Shown one piece after another: positions 37,966 to 51,719 of a stretch of DNA of 64,000 nucleotides (position 1 is the first letter of the stretch; each line of letters opens with the position of its first letter). The DNA is taken from assembly GCA_973895155.1 (NCBI GenBank), contig OZ316894.1, forward strand, positions 17,142,563 to 17,206,562, given 5' to 3'. The notes below the pieces were generated by a model. The model saw only the letters and a program-made list of their open reading frames with translations, was not told where the DNA came from and made no database searches. Position numbers and translations under genes: made by a program. The stretch comes from Marsupella aquatica (taxonomy: Eukaryota > Plantae > Marchantiophyta).

Positions 37966-40233
37966 CATTGAATTTCCTGACCAATTTCATAATTTCATGC
38001 GATTCCTCCTGGTTTTAGTTCAGTCAATGTCCGAGTCAGACCTCAACAATCAGCTTCATAGTCAAGTCTGTTTCTAATCTATTCTGAGTACAATACACTG
38101 ATACCACAAGTGGTGGACCTTGTCACCCAGTGCTCTCATCAATCCCAACATCCACGCCTAAATGCCTTTGGTATCCAAACGCCTCCACAGAACTCCTCGA
38201 GCAAGCAACTTGGTGCCTTCAACACCACCGACGACTCCTCCCATACGAAGTTGTACTCGCTCTCAAGCACTACCATATTTCAGCTCACATTTCTACAACA
38301 ACCAACAATGTAATCCCGATTATCTGACACTGGTTCTGTATGGATCACATGTCAGACCCCTGGTACCTAGATCGCGCAACAACAAGAGGACAGGATGCGA
38401 AGGTATCATATTCTAATCCCATTGACGTCGACAGTAGCACTTCAATGTAGGAAGTCTGAATGAACTGTTGCATATGTTGTCAATAATCTTCGTTCCATCG
38501 ACAGCCTATTCTGCAATCTAAAATAATCGTCAATTGTCTTCCTGTCGATAGAGTATCGTTTGGATGCCGTAGCTCAGAGAACTCAGGGACGGAAGCCCAC
38601 GACTGGTCACCATGACGGGCTTTCGGTGTAACGTGGGCGCTCTAGCTGATCCATCCGACCTCAAAGTCTGCTTCGGCTCCCTTACCCTTCTCGTTCCACT
38701 CCAAATTTCCAGCTCCGCCAAACGAGGCAACAAGACCTCACTGTGTAGAAAAGTGGAGTTTTAGAAGATTCTAATGACTGTGAAATTGAAGAACATCGTG
38801 TGCCCGGGCACTCGAGTGAGTTCAGCATAGTATGTTTCCACAAAACGCATGACTGAAAAGCATGACAGCATTTGGAAGGCTTGCCATGCGCTCCGTGCCC
38901 AAGGCACCGCCCAAGGATTCTCTACAGGAAAGTTAGCAGCCCAGGATTCTCAGCATCATTCAGCATAAGTCTTGGAATGGAATTCTGTGATCCGAGTAAT
39001 TATTGACCCTGATGAAACTGTGGTCACAGCTTTGCTACCTATATTTTCCAACAACTAAGTGTCCCACGATGACCCGAAATCTCGCCGCGTGCTGTGGCAT
39101 CCGATGCCTCCTTCAAAATCTGCATCTCCCCGACCGGGGTACAATTTCACGGACCCATGGCCAAAAATTGAATTGCCCCAATCCATTCTTTTGAGGCCAA
39201 TGTCGCGCAGGTGACGCCCGAGATGAAGCTTCCTGAATTGAGGCACTATTGACGATGTCTGCAGTTCCTCAGGCATTTTATAGTCACTTTAGCATGATCC
39301 TGACTTCCTGAGTTGTTCAAATCCTCCACTGACTGATAGACTCAGTACATTATAGTGAGCTTCTTGGAGCGATACCGACTCTTCGTGATGGGTTCCTTTT
39401 TAATGATGAACTCCCTCCAATTCAATTAATTTTCCTCAGTGACGACAAAGTACTGGGCGAGTGGATTATGCCATCTTCAGAACACTACTCCCGACAAAGT
39501 GGCTCATCCTAGCAGGAATTATCTCCCGATTCCAGATGAACCGCAAGTCTACAGTTAAGCACATAGGCAAGTCAAGAAGCGCCATTTCCCCATTCATTTG
39601 CATGGAAATTGTTGCGTCACTGCAAATCCTCACCAAGAGGGAATAAAACTGCTAAAGCAAAGGTGGGCTCCCCGGCCACTGAGGCCAGCTGAGAGCTACA
39701 GACTGCAGCTAGAAGAGAGGAGTGACCAGTTCGAAATAATTCAAGACTTGCTCCGAGCTTTGAGGTCTACACTGTGCCACCACTCGGCCGCTATCCCACC
39801 TGCGCTGCCGATGGACACTGAGGTCAGCAGTCGATCTAGCGTTGGTCAAGTAACATAGTTTCGTTAAATCCTGCGACGGACTTTTACTGAGCAGACACGT
39901 TTGCGCGCTGTCTGGCTGGCGAGCTTGCTTGCTGGAGGCCCGGTTGATGAGCACTGAGTGAGTGTGACCCACGTCGTAGCTAATTCTTGAAACATAGATG
40001 GATGAATACTACTGGCAGGAACAGCGTCTTCCATGTCTCTTCTCCAGTATCAAAACTATTTTCCAATCTCTTTCTTCCATAACCTGCACGTCCACGACCA
40101 CCAGTCGGGATCTCTCGGTGGCAGGAGCAGCAGCTGGAGACCTCGTGGGAGACGCTTCTCCGACAGCTTCTGGAGACCTTCTTTCGACGTCGACGACCGC
40201 GAATCTGCTCGACGCACGCAAGTAATCGGCGCC

Positions 40234-43200
40234 ATGGCTACGAATATCGGTATGATGGATGCCGCCTATTTTGTTGGGCGTGTCGAGATTCTCAATTGGG
40301 TCAACAGTATTCTGCATCTGAACCTCAACAAGGTGGAAGAGGTATGTCCAGAATTCCTGCCCACTCGATCGAGATCGTCCTGTGTCCCTTTCGATTGGTG
40401 AGGCAGGGATTTTCCTAGATGATGCGTCCTAAACTACGACGATAGACGATAATCTATGACTCTGTAAATAATGTGATCAGGAAGGATTCTCAAACACAAT
40501 CGGAGATAAATATCGTGGCCAGGTACAAGCTAGCAAGAAAATACACAGACGGATCAATGTAATGTTAGTGCCACGGAACCTTGTAATTGTAAGTCTCAGA
40601 CACATTTGGTATGACACAACTTATGAATGTGATTGGAAACTAAGACGGCCATGGATCTAAAATATCAATCGTAATGAATGTCTGCCTGGATGAACATGGG
40701 AGCAAATCGTTCTGCGTTAGAAAGCTAGCTTCTGAGATCTGTCGCAAAATTTTCTCTGAATCAAAGTAACTCCAACAGTCTTGATAGGCCCTTGATCGAA
40801 CGTTTTATGTCCAGAAATCTTCCAACTGCATCTCTTCCAAAGATTGGCCCTGGAGGGCAGATGATAATAAGCAGCAAACCATTGCCCTGGAGGGCGGCTG
40901 AAATCAAGGTTTCCTGTAGGTTGAATGCATTCTTAACAACCAGAAACATTGCACACGAAATAATTATGGACAATTGGTTTAAATAGATCCAATTGAAAGA
41001 AGACGATGAATTTTCTTGCAGAGTGGCATGCGCTGCAGCAAGTAGCAAATCCGCTAGCAGCAAAACTGATTCGAAGGCATTATAACGACCAGGTTGTCTT
41101 TGCATGTGTTGGCCATGATTTGTGACTGCAGGCAGCTTCTGGGGCTGTGCATTGCCAGCTTATGGATGCCACTCATCCGGGAGTTGTTCCAATGCATAAG
41201 GTCCGTCACACTTCTTCTCCGATTCTAAGTCCCTCTGGCCTTTCAGCTTCTCTGTTTGTGTAATCGTACAATTAATTCTTATATTCTTGTTAGTCGTCCC
41301 TTGCATTCCACAGCATAGGTGGCAATAAAGTCAATCCTAGGACTTAAGATAGCTAAATGTTTAAGATGCATTCCAGGTGAATTTTGAAGCAAGATCAGAG
41401 TATGAGATGATTCAAAACTACAAGATACTTCAGGAGGTCTTCAACAAGCTCAACATTGGCAAGGTGAGTAGTTCTCAAAGACGTTGGAACTGTATATTTT
41501 ATGGCCGTTGACACGGTATCAACTGTACTAAGGTCACCAAATTACAAACTTGATGTGTCATCTCAGTGATTTGTGGAGATGTCCTGACGGATCTTGCTTC
41601 GCAATTGTACTGTTTGCAGCATATAGAAGTGAGTAAACTTGTCAAGGGTAGACCACTTGACAACCTGGAGTTTATGCAATGGATGAAGAGATATTGTGAT
41701 TCCATCAACGGAGGTGGTCTCAGTTTTAGGTAAAATACTTTCCTGAATACTGAATCTATGCTATCAGTTATGAAGAGTTTTGTTTCAGAGAATTGACCAG
41801 CGGTGAAGTAGAATTCAGAGACGAAGCTGAATGAAATCCTCCGTAAAATATTTAAGGCATCGTTTCAGCGATGGATTGCACTAGGACGAAGTGAATGGTT
41901 GGACACAAAAAGGAATAGGAAGCTTCATATTGAAATACAGTTCCATTAGGAACAACAACAACAACAACAAAAGAAAGAAAGAAAGTAAGAAAGAAAGACA
42001 CAAACGTTCTTGCCGTGGATCTTTTACTTGCAACAGTCCGCAAAATGAATCGCGTCTTAAGACAACGATCCATAAATCTCTGCAGCTGGAGAAGGAATAC
42101 TAGATGTGTTAATGAATGGACCAAAAATGTGATTGTGATTGAGCTGAAATGTTGTCTTGTGAAGCTACAACGCAGTAGAGAGAAGGAAAGAGTGTTACAA
42201 AGGCTTGAGGGAGACAAACAAACGAGCACATGATAGAGCACATACAAATGGATCGGCAACAACTAGCAGGGACTCTCATGGTCACCATTGCTCCTCGACA
42301 TCATCAAATCCAAGCTCCTCAGCAACTCCATGCTCCAGCTGCTCCAATAGTAGACATTCAACTGCCAACTGTGGATCTTCTGCTTCCCACAAGGAAGTAG
42401 GAAAATCAACAATCAAATCCTCTATGCTCGCCATTCCAGTAGAAATCAAGGCTCTTAATGAACAGGTAATGTGGTACAAACTTTGGATACTCGTTGTTAA
42501 GTTCAATTCACTCATTTTTGTAACTGAACGCCTCTCGCAAATATCCGAAAGTAACATCAATAGTGCATTCATGACTGTCGTTGTCAAGTGTAGAGAAATC
42601 CGTCGTCATAGATGTGGTGATGGGTGGGGCGGGGGGTGGGCTGATTGACCTTTGAATGCTACTGTTGAAGGAGCCTTGAGTGTAGATTAGAGTTGTTTGG
42701 TTGTGGTTATCTACCTACAGACATGCCTGTATTTAACTGCATCAGTTGCGTTGCATTGCGTTGATGGCCAGCTTGCCATGATTAGAGTTGTTTGCTTGTG
42801 GTATCTGCCCACAGAGATGCCTGTATTGAACTGCGTCAGTTGCGTTGATGGCCACTTGAGTTGATGGCCAGCTTGCCATGATCTCGTAATTCTTGCATTC
42901 GAAAGTAAAATCATATGCACGGAATGCAGAAGACTTTCATAGGAAATGAACCCGCTTGCTTCTCAATTTTTCCAGTGTCACGTGCATGCAAGAACTGCTA
43001 ATTGCACAATGTCCACAAGAGATCAACCCACCGTGTTCTTGGGCCACAGATGGCAGAGCTAAAGTTGTCCATGGAAAATCTGGAGAAGGAGAGGAATTTC
43101 TACTTCGATAAGTTGCGGGACATTGAAGCTGTTTGCCAAAAGCCTGATCTTGGCCATCTCCCGGTATGTCTTGCAAGGTCATGACCAACCAGGCCTTAAA

Positions 43201-43780
43201 AGACTTTTGAGCTCTACGGCGTCAAAGGAGGCGTGCTTACAGTAGTCCAGTACCGAAAAGTAAATCGTCGTCAATACTTAGATTTCCCAAAATGATTTTC
43301 GTGAACTCATATCATGTCCACTTCAAAATTTATTGGGCGCAGATTATTATGGCAGTTCAAAGGATTCTCTTCGCAGCAGAGGATACTCCTGCAGTGATCG
43401 AGGAGGCCACGGCTTTGGCGTGCGAGAACCTGGGTGATTCCCCCACACAACAGCCTTGCATTGAGAAACGGCAGATTATTTCCCCCTACGATGATGTTGA
43501 CAACGACTATGCAGATCAATGCGACCAATATGAAGAGAACGACGTTGCCCTTTTTGATTCTGGGAGGTGGATCAATCCACGGCAAATGCAACGACCTCCG
43601 GGAACCCCTGCGTCACGCAGAGCATCTATGGGATCCTCCCGCAGCCATCATGAATCTTACTACCCCAAGGGATACCACCAGACGGGAGGGAATCACCAAG
43701 ATCGCTATCAGGTTGATCAACAGACATCATCTCGTTCTAATGCTCGCGAGTACCGTCAAAGCCTTGCAGTTCGCTTTTGA
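40234..43780 (+). CDS. EB1: Microtubule end-binding protein EB1 (RP/EB family); exons 40234-40341, 41132-41200, 41377-41463, 41620-41729, 42165-42465, 43050-43163, 43343-43780
   Basis: CH domain [22 protein letters not shown]..|[17 protein letters not shown]|[22 protein letters not shown]..|[21 protein letters not shown]; EBH domain [16 protein letters not shown]..|..VQRILFA. All introns GT-AG and in phase. Confidence 0.96.
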
Positions 43781-44561
43781 TTGGCCCCAGCAGGCAGAAT
43801 TACAAAAGCTTGTCTCCTCAACAGGAGTAGATTTAAGATTTGCCTGTCTGATAGCTTTAGCTGGTTTGTGATCCACAGGAACAGCCCATGTAAATATCAG
43901 CTAGGCATATTTGGAACAACATTCCGAACATGGCTACAAAGCAATATATCTCAAGGCAGAGCATCTGCACCTCGATGGATGCACAGACAGACGTACATTA
44001 GCTACGAGAATGCTCCACAATGCACTTTTTCATGAATGCTGCTCCAGTAGCTATAACTCTTACTTAGTCTACCAGCAAATGCGTAAAACTGTTGGGAAAC
44101 TTTTGTGGAAGGAACTTCAGTAGGTTTGGCGAGCAGCCTCTTCAGACTCTGTTTCAGAGACAAACTGCAGAAGCTACAGGAGCAAGGTCCGAAGAATCTC
44201 CTAGGTAATACAGAGAGTCCTGCAAATCACTCCTTCAATCTCATCTACTGTAGTATCTGTAGCATTGAAGAGGTTGCAGAGCCATTCTAAGGGTATAAGT
44301 AATTTGGTACATGCAGTGCAAACCCATCAAATGAGTACAGAAATAACACGATGTAGTCTTCTTCATGTATTTCTGAGTCAAAACAGCAATATATGAATGT
44401 CACAGAGTTTTGGAATGGAACAGACCTTTCTATATGCTCCCCTCGGCATGCTGATGTCCAAGTAGACCCACGAATTGAAATAAGTACTATAGCAGCAAAT
44501 TGAAGCGCTCGTCTGCAGGCAATTGCTGAATTCAATCTCTTCTTCTGCCAAAAGAGGAGAA

Positions 44562-44741
44562 CAAGAAAAGACTTAACAGGACCCCTCTCCCATGTCCGGA
44601 CTTAACAAACCCCTGTGTGACAAAAAGACTTAACAGGACCTCTAGGACTACCTATTTTGCTCAGATCTTGATGGCATTTTACTCACAAGGGTCTGGTTAA
44701 GTCCAGGAGATGCCTGAGGTGTCCTGTTAAGTCTTTTCTTG
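44562..44741. mobile_element. 180-bp MITE, possibly Mutator-derived
   Basis: Perfect 21-bp TIR caagaaaagacttaacaggac / gtcctgttaagtcttttcttg; inner gacttaac / gttaagtc repeats; 9-bp flanks agaggagaa / agaggacca (7 of 9 match). Confidence 0.8.
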
Positions 44742-45717
44742 AGAGGACCAACAATTTATGTCGTTCCATGGTTTGGTCGATAGCCCAAAAGGCAAGACTG
44801 TGTCTCCACTACTCTCCACTAACTTCATGCGCAGGCATTTTTGCTCAAGAGACAATCCTTTGTAACAGTCTGGAAGGGAGGGCAGTTCCATACACCAAAC
44901 CTTGCTATATTTCGAAATAGAGAATATAGCAAAGTTTGGTGTATGCTATCAATGTAATAATTAAAATAGTTTGGGAAATAGATTGAGAATAATGGTCAGT
45001 TTGGGAGGCAAGGTAGTAGAAATTGGTGTAAATTGGCCAAGTTTCCATACGAGAACCCCACTTGGGCAGTGACTCTATTGTGGGCTCACATGGCACACGG
45101 CTCAGGCCATGACCGTGTAACCAAGAAAGCCCATGATTTACTCCCAAATTTTGAGGAATTCCCTGAGGATAGCAACTTGCATGGGTGCCTTGGTAAAAGC
45201 TTATACCTTTTTTGATTATAACATCCCCAACTGGTTGAAATTATAAACTAATTTAAATATCTGCCCTATTTCATAGTTGGGTTGCCACAACTCAACATTA
45301 CTAACTTGACACATGGAGGCTCACAATTTGCCCAAGCTAACCTCCTTCAACAATACCTTCACATTGGACCAGGTTCCCCCATTTGACGCATTCACCGGAA
45401 AGAGGAGGTCAACTACTACTTACAAACAAAACTATTGCATGTCGGCCCCCCTCCCCACTTTTACGGTTGGAGGGGGGTAGCTTGGACAGATTTGAGCCTC
45501 CACGTGTCCCAGATTAATTAGGTGTCATCTCAGATAATCTAGTATGGCTAAACCAACCCACACACAAAATGGGGGCCAAACTGATAATCAAATCAGTTTT
45601 AGAGGCAGGCTGATAGTTTAGAGTAGTTTGGGGGACAGGAAAGAGTGTTGAGCACATTGTCTTTTCATTTAGAGTATATGATTATTAAATATGCCACATA
45701 TGTCTTCTCATGCCAAA

Positions 45718-45899
45718 TCACACTAACTGGGATTTACTAGGTTGCCACTAAAATTCTTCTATTTATCACAATGCCACTCTTTTTGTTTGTGTGTTAAGAA
45801 AACTAACCTATGTTAGCTCCTTCACAATCAATGTCTATCATCACACCGGGCCAGTTTTTAATCAAATGGCCCGGGTCTCCCTCAAAATGACCTTGACCA
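45718..45899. repeat. Left arm of an older foldback element interrupted by the MULE
   Basis: Reverse complement (tggtcaaggtcattttgagggagac...gtgaaggagctaacataggttagtttt...acaaacaaaaagag) matches 57426-57650. Confidence 0.75.
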
Positions 45900-47010
45900 C
45901 CCTTGGGTCAACTGCCCAAGGGTGGGTTGGGGAGAGATATACTTAGTGGACCTCCAGATGCAACTTTCTCTCTTAATGGACCAAAAGTTTCCCACGCCCT
46001 CCCAGTGGACCTCCGGGCCCACCAGAGGTACTATTTCGTGTGATATGTTCTTCTAACACATTGTGCAGTTCTTATAACGCGAGATTGTCACTGTAAAATG
46101 CAGCATGTTCTACTGTTCTTCAGTGTCCGACCACGTCGCCGAATGCGGTCGATTACGATCGCAGTTCCGAGTGAATCAATGTATCCTGCAATGTAGACAT
46201 TGACAACAATGCGTACAAACATGAACCGTGATGTCAAACAAACCTTATGTTGTGCGGCCGCACGATGAAATAGAGCCTCATAGTTAGATCATGTATACAT
46301 TGACATAACTGTATACAATGACCACAATGTTGGATGAACCAAGCATAGTGCAACCACAACATATACAAAGCAGTGTAGACATTTACAGCCATGTATAAAA
46401 AAATGTATTAGATTATATATAGTTAAAAAAATTAGGGTTTGGAGTAACCGTTGGCTTAGGCGCGGAAAAGCTAAACATGCTTATGTCTTGAATAGAATAC
46501 AGGGTGGATAATGTTTTCAGAGGATGACCCGCCAAATCACTGACATGTTACAGAACTTTTGCACGTTCCTGTCATTTCACACGACACTTTTTTTGTGCAC
46601 ATGCTTTGCGCGTGAGCTCGCATGGCAGGGTCGTGAGTGTTTCCACTCCCCTAATGTGTACAGCACGCTTAGAGGGACAGTGTCAGGCATGGAGGACAAT
46701 GACTCAATGCATTTGTGGACCGGAGGTGATGTTTGGGAAGTCAATGTCCCCTATCATGAGAGGGCACGAACGCAAGACACACAAGAACGTCAGAGGGCTC
46801 GAAAGAATGTTGAGAACCCCCCGAGGATATTGGATGGCAGAACTGCTGAAGAAGGTGCCATCAGATTGTCTGGACGTTTCTTATTTTCATACAATGTGTG
46901 TCAGTCCAATGTGATTTGAAAGTATGACACCGTTTGAGTTCCCATCAAGGCATGCATGTAGCTTCCGCACATGAACATTGATGTCATTGTATACATATTA
47001 ACGTGATGAC

Positions 47011-50000
47011 ATGTCTTCCTCTGTTCCAGTGGCAGCAGAGGCTGCTCGAATCAAGTTGGGAGAGCACTTCAATAGCTTTGAAGAGTTTGATCGGTGCCTA
47101 GATTCTCTGGCTGTGATGAATGGTCAAGCCATGTCCAGATACAAGACGTTTGCAAATCGATGTATTTGTGTATGCAGGTTTGGAAAGATTGCTAGATCGA
47201 AACAGGTAGTCGATGATGAGGCAGCTTGTGATGACCAAGGTGACAATGACAGCATTCGTTCACATGCTACGGAGGAACCAAACCAGTGGCAGCTTCAATT
47301 TGAGGAAGAGGATGAAGAGTCAGAAGGTGAGCATGAGTTTCATAGCAGATATGGCCATTGGAGTGGAAGACGATCGAAAGGACCAAGGTCTCAGACATTG
47401 CAGCAAACTACACAACAAGAGAATTGATATCGCAGTCAAGCAGAGGTGTGTGCTGCCGCTGCCACTGCCACCAATGCCACACCTTTTTTTATTTTGGGAC
47501 ATCCTACAATCACTTGCTGAAATTCTTGGTGTGTACAATCATGGGGTTTTGCAGATTGAAGATTGTCAATTTCATAATGCCATTAATCAGATCACTCTTG
47601 CTCGTCAGCAACCTCGTGCACCGCTTTCAGCCATTCAAGCGAACACCATGCAGACAAATGTGTCATTGTCTACACAACAATCCGCCCCTATATCTGTACA
47701 ACAATCCGTGCACCAAAATGCACCTATATCTGTACAACAAACTGTGCACATAAATACTGTTTTGTCTACACAAGGAAGAGTTGTGCACAACAGACCAAAG
47801 TCCATAGTCCAACACACTAGCGTTTGGTTACCTGGTTCGCAACACCCACGTAAACCTGGTCAACAGAAAACTAGGAAGCCATCTGCAACTGGAGCTTGTG
47901 GACAGTTGTCCAGATCTAAGCCCTCTCAACCAGGACCAGAAGACTTGCTTTACTCAGAGGATGAATGTTCTTTCAGAGTACGTTGCAGTAGAGTGAAGGG
48001 TGGGGGTCATATTATCACTGTATGTGAACTAACACATACTTGTGCTGCTCACATTCACAAGTGGAGAGCTCCTACTCACAAGTCTGCATGGTAGGGGGTA
48101 ACATTGGCTCCAAGAATCATCAGAAATCTGAAAATGCCTGTGAAGGAATTGCTGTCTGGTTTCCAAGGTGACTACAAGCGAGGAAGTAACTACCAGCAAA
48201 TGTGGCGGGGCAAAGATCTTGTAGGGCATTGGACCGCTGGCTCACAGAAATCATCTTTTCAGATGATCCCAGCATTGATTAACAGGATTCGGGAGACAGA
48301 CCCTGGCTGTGTTGCACATTGGTGCACTATGGAGGACTCCACCATTTTTTGCAGAGCATTCATATGTCCATCTGCCACCAGGAAAGCACTTAACTATACT
48401 CAGCCAATGGTTAGTTTAGATGCTTGTCACACCAAGAATAAAAAATATCCAACTCAACTATTTTTAGCTACATGCCTGGATGGGAACTCAAACGGTGTCA
48501 TACTTTGCTATGGAGTAGCACCAGTTGAAAACACAGAGAACTGGCTTTGGTTTCTAGAATTAATGGACAGAGCTGTATATGGCATTGGTAGTCAAGACAT
48601 TGTCATCATGTCAGATCGTCAAAAGGGTCTCACTGCTGCTGTAAGTCAGATTTGGCCAGGTAACACCCTTCCACACTTAGATTGCTTAATTCTGTCAAAT
48701 TTGAGAGTTATGATGATACTGTGCTAACTGGAGTACAAAATCTAATTTATTATTTTTGGACAGTAGGAAAGATCCATGCACAGTGCACAAATCATTTGAG
48801 GGCAAACGTGAAGACCAGGCATGGTAGAACAACAAGTGAATTCTTCTACGGATGTGTCTATGCCAATGATGTGCACCAGTAAGTAAATACACTCACTAGG
48901 ACCAATATGAAAGCAATTTGCCTATTCAGACATTGTGCTTGATGTATTCTATATATTTTGACATTGTGCTTGATGTATTCTGTCTCTGTAAACATTGTCA
49001 CTCATGTATTCTGTCTCTTTCAATTCAGATATGAGTCTGTGCTAGATCGACTGTCTGGTTCGTTGATAGCCGGCAAGGGAGTTGATGCAGCACATTACAT
49101 CTGCGGTCTGGATGTGAAATGTTATGCCAGGCATGCATTCCCACTCCCTCGCATGGGTAAGGTCACAAGTAATCCAGCCGAGCAAGCAAATTCTAGATTA
49201 TTACCATTCCGTCTGCTAGCACCTGGAAAGTTGTTGGTGGCTCTTTGGGTGTACATTCAACAAAAGTTTAAAGACAGGAGAATAGAGGTTGCATGCAGAC
49301 AAGAACCACTGTCAAAACCAGCACAACTACGATACAATACCAACTTGCAGAACTTCCAACAATTCCAGGTGCAAATTGGCTCTTTCTTTTCCTTTTGTAA
49401 CGAACATTTTGACCACATGTGGAGGATGGATTGTCTCACGCTTCATATTTCATACTGTCATGCTACAGGTATTCAGTGATGGTCAATCCAGTGCCAAAAT
49501 TCAGACTACAACAGGGAGTGAGGAGTATCTTGTCACTTTGTCACCAAAACCAAAGTGCACTTGCATGGAGCTGCAGGAGATGGTTTGGCCATGCCAACAT
49601 ATGCTGGCATGGGATGATGAAACAGGAAAGAATCCGGCTAGGCATTTTCATAAATGCTGGCGGACACAGTCTTTGGTTTTACTTTATGATGGTGTATTAC
49701 CTAGCTTTGTTTCCACTCACCTTCCATTAAGCTTAAGTTGTCATGCTCCAGAGCCTGCTATAGTGAATGGGCGACATCGAATGGTAAGAATTCATGGGGA
49801 AACTCGTTCTAGGGCTTTAGGGAATGGGGAGGACCTCCATCTTGATCCAACAGGAAGGCTGTGTCTCATATATCCAATGGATGATGACAATGAGAGAGGC
49901 ATTCCGTTTCCAGGTGCAAACTCTGCGAGTGGCCTCCCAATGGTTGAGATCCTACCTAAGAAAAGGAAGCGGGGTAATGTAAAGTGTACGTGCAACAGGT

Positions 50001-50396
50001 GCGGAAAGGTTGGCCACAACAAACAATCTTGCAAAGAAGTTTCAGTTGCCCAAGCAACTGAAGATGATGAGCAGGTACCAAATGTTATAATGTTGCAAGA
50101 CAGAGATGGTCCATATAAAAGTCCTAGTTTTATAAGAATTTGTTTACTTATTCTAGTGTTATTGTAATGCGCAAGTGGAAGGGGAAGAGCATGACAATGT
50201 GAACAATGCTGGAGAAAGTGAGTGGCTTGTCATCGTTGGAGCACCAACAATAGGCAGTGGTACTATGCCTTCCAATCCACGCATTCAAAACTCCTTGGAT
50301 TATGAGTGGGCGCGGCGCATCACTGAACTTGCTGAAGAAGCTGCTGATAATTGCCCTTATTTTGGGCTACCTCATGAAGTAGATATCACAGAATAG
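47011..50396 (+). pseudogene. MURA/MuDR-type transposase, multi-exon, in-frame TAG at 48092-48094
   Basis: N-terminal MuDR DNA-binding-like GEHFNSFEEF..CVC and CSFRVRC..HTC; DDE core SLDACH..DGNSN..ENTENWLWFL..IMSDRQKGL..|HAQCTNHL..TSNPAEQANS; SWIM finger CTCMELQEMVWPCQH; CCHC knuckle CNRCGKVGHNKQSC. 3' exon limits approximate. Confidence 0.9.
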
Positions 50397-50691
50397 ACAT
50401 ATACATCACAGTCTACTATTCACTATATTGGGAAGTTAGATGGTAGTAGGGCACATTTGTGCATGGACCTAAACACTACCTTGAATGAGTTCAAATTGTT
50501 ACAAAGTGGATGTTGTATTCCATCCAATGAGGAGTGAAGCCTTTTATTTGCATTTGTTAGGTCTGAGTACGCCTTCCATGGTGCATGTGCTGTATGATTA
50601 TTAAAGTGTTGAATATGACATGCTTTTTTCCATTTAGGCCTGACTGTCTTTGTAAAGTTCAAGTGAATGAATTTTTTTGTAACTGTGAATT

Positions 50692-51470
50692 ATGAATACA
50701 ACGTGAAAAGTGTATACATGAAAAAGGTATTTCTATGTTGAAACTCCATAGGTTTTGTCCATTTGGGCAGGCTTCGGCGGAGGCCGTGTTCGTAACGTCG
50801 GAGGGCTAGGGATAATTTTTTTTCCAAGTGTGAAATCTGAATACAATGTCCAAAGTGTATACATGAAAAATGTATTTCTATGTTGAGACTCCATAGGTTT
50901 TGTCCATTTGGGCAGGCTTCGGCGGAGGCCGTGTTCGGAAAGTCGGAGGGACAATTTTTATTTCCAAGTGTGAAATATGAATACAAGGTCCAAAGTGTAT
51001 ACATGAAAAATGTATTTCTATATTGAGACTCCATAGGTTTTGTCCATTTGGCCAGGCATCGGCGGAGGCGTGTTCGTAAAGTCGGAGGGACAATTTTTAT
51101 TTCCAAGTGTGAAATATGAATACAATGTCCAAAGTGTATACATGAAAAATGTATTTCTATATTGAGACTCCATAGGTTTTGTCCATTTGGGCAGGCATCG
51201 GCGGAGGGCGTGTTCGTAAAGTCGGAGGGACAATTTTTTGCTTTCAAGTGTGAAATCTGAATACAATGTCCAAAGTGTGTACATGAAATATGTATTTCTA
51301 TGTTGAGACTCCATAGGTTTTGTCCATTTGGCCAGGCTTCGGCGGAGGGCGTGTTTGTAAAGTCGGAGGGACATTTTTTTCCAAGTGTGAAATCTAAATA
51401 CATCGTCCAGATCGTATACATGAAAAAGGGTTTTCTGTGTTCAAATTCCGTAGTTTTTGTCCATTTGGGC
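50692..51470. repeat. Tandem array, ~140-bp unit x ~5.5, inside the MULE
   Basis: Unit tgaatacaatgtccaaagtgtatacatgaaaaatgtatttcta..gagactccataggttttgtccatttgg.cagg..tcggcggag..cgtgttcgtaaagtcggagggacaatttt..ttccaagtgtgaaat starts at ~50692, 50838, 50978, 51117, 51258 and 51396. Confidence 0.97.
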
Positions 51471-51719
51471 GCCTTAGTCAGTGGGAAGGATTCGACAGTG
51501 GGGCGTCTTCGTCGTAAAGTCAGAGAAAATGTGAATATAGCATACATATTGTATCCAAGACACAGATCTACTATGACCATTTTTGGAACAGATCATGTTA
51601 TATAGTCTTCAAAGAGAGCAAGAAATGCAGGAACATTTCATATTTATTATCATGAACACATTGGTGACAAAACAGGGCTAGGTACCCTAGACTATCCCTC
51701 AGATATTGCTAATTGTACC

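Noticed and set aside
38100-40230. Short ORFs in the CpG-rich region upstream of EB1
   Set aside because: No homology cues. Best explained as EB1 promoter/5' UTR.
41951-41997. (AAC)n and (AAAG)n tracts in EB1 intron 4; G and C homopolymers at 5522 and 33334
   Set aside because: Ordinary simple repeats.
46524-46919. 131-aa and 102-aa ORFs upstream of the transposase
   Set aside because: No domain signal and no convincing splice link to the transposase, so cannot be supported as a fourth gene.
50690-51580. 296-aa and overlapping ORFs with repeated peptides; CRISPR-like periodicity
   Set aside because: These are translations of the 140-bp tandem array. Units are contiguous with no unique spacers and there are no cas genes in this eukaryotic context.
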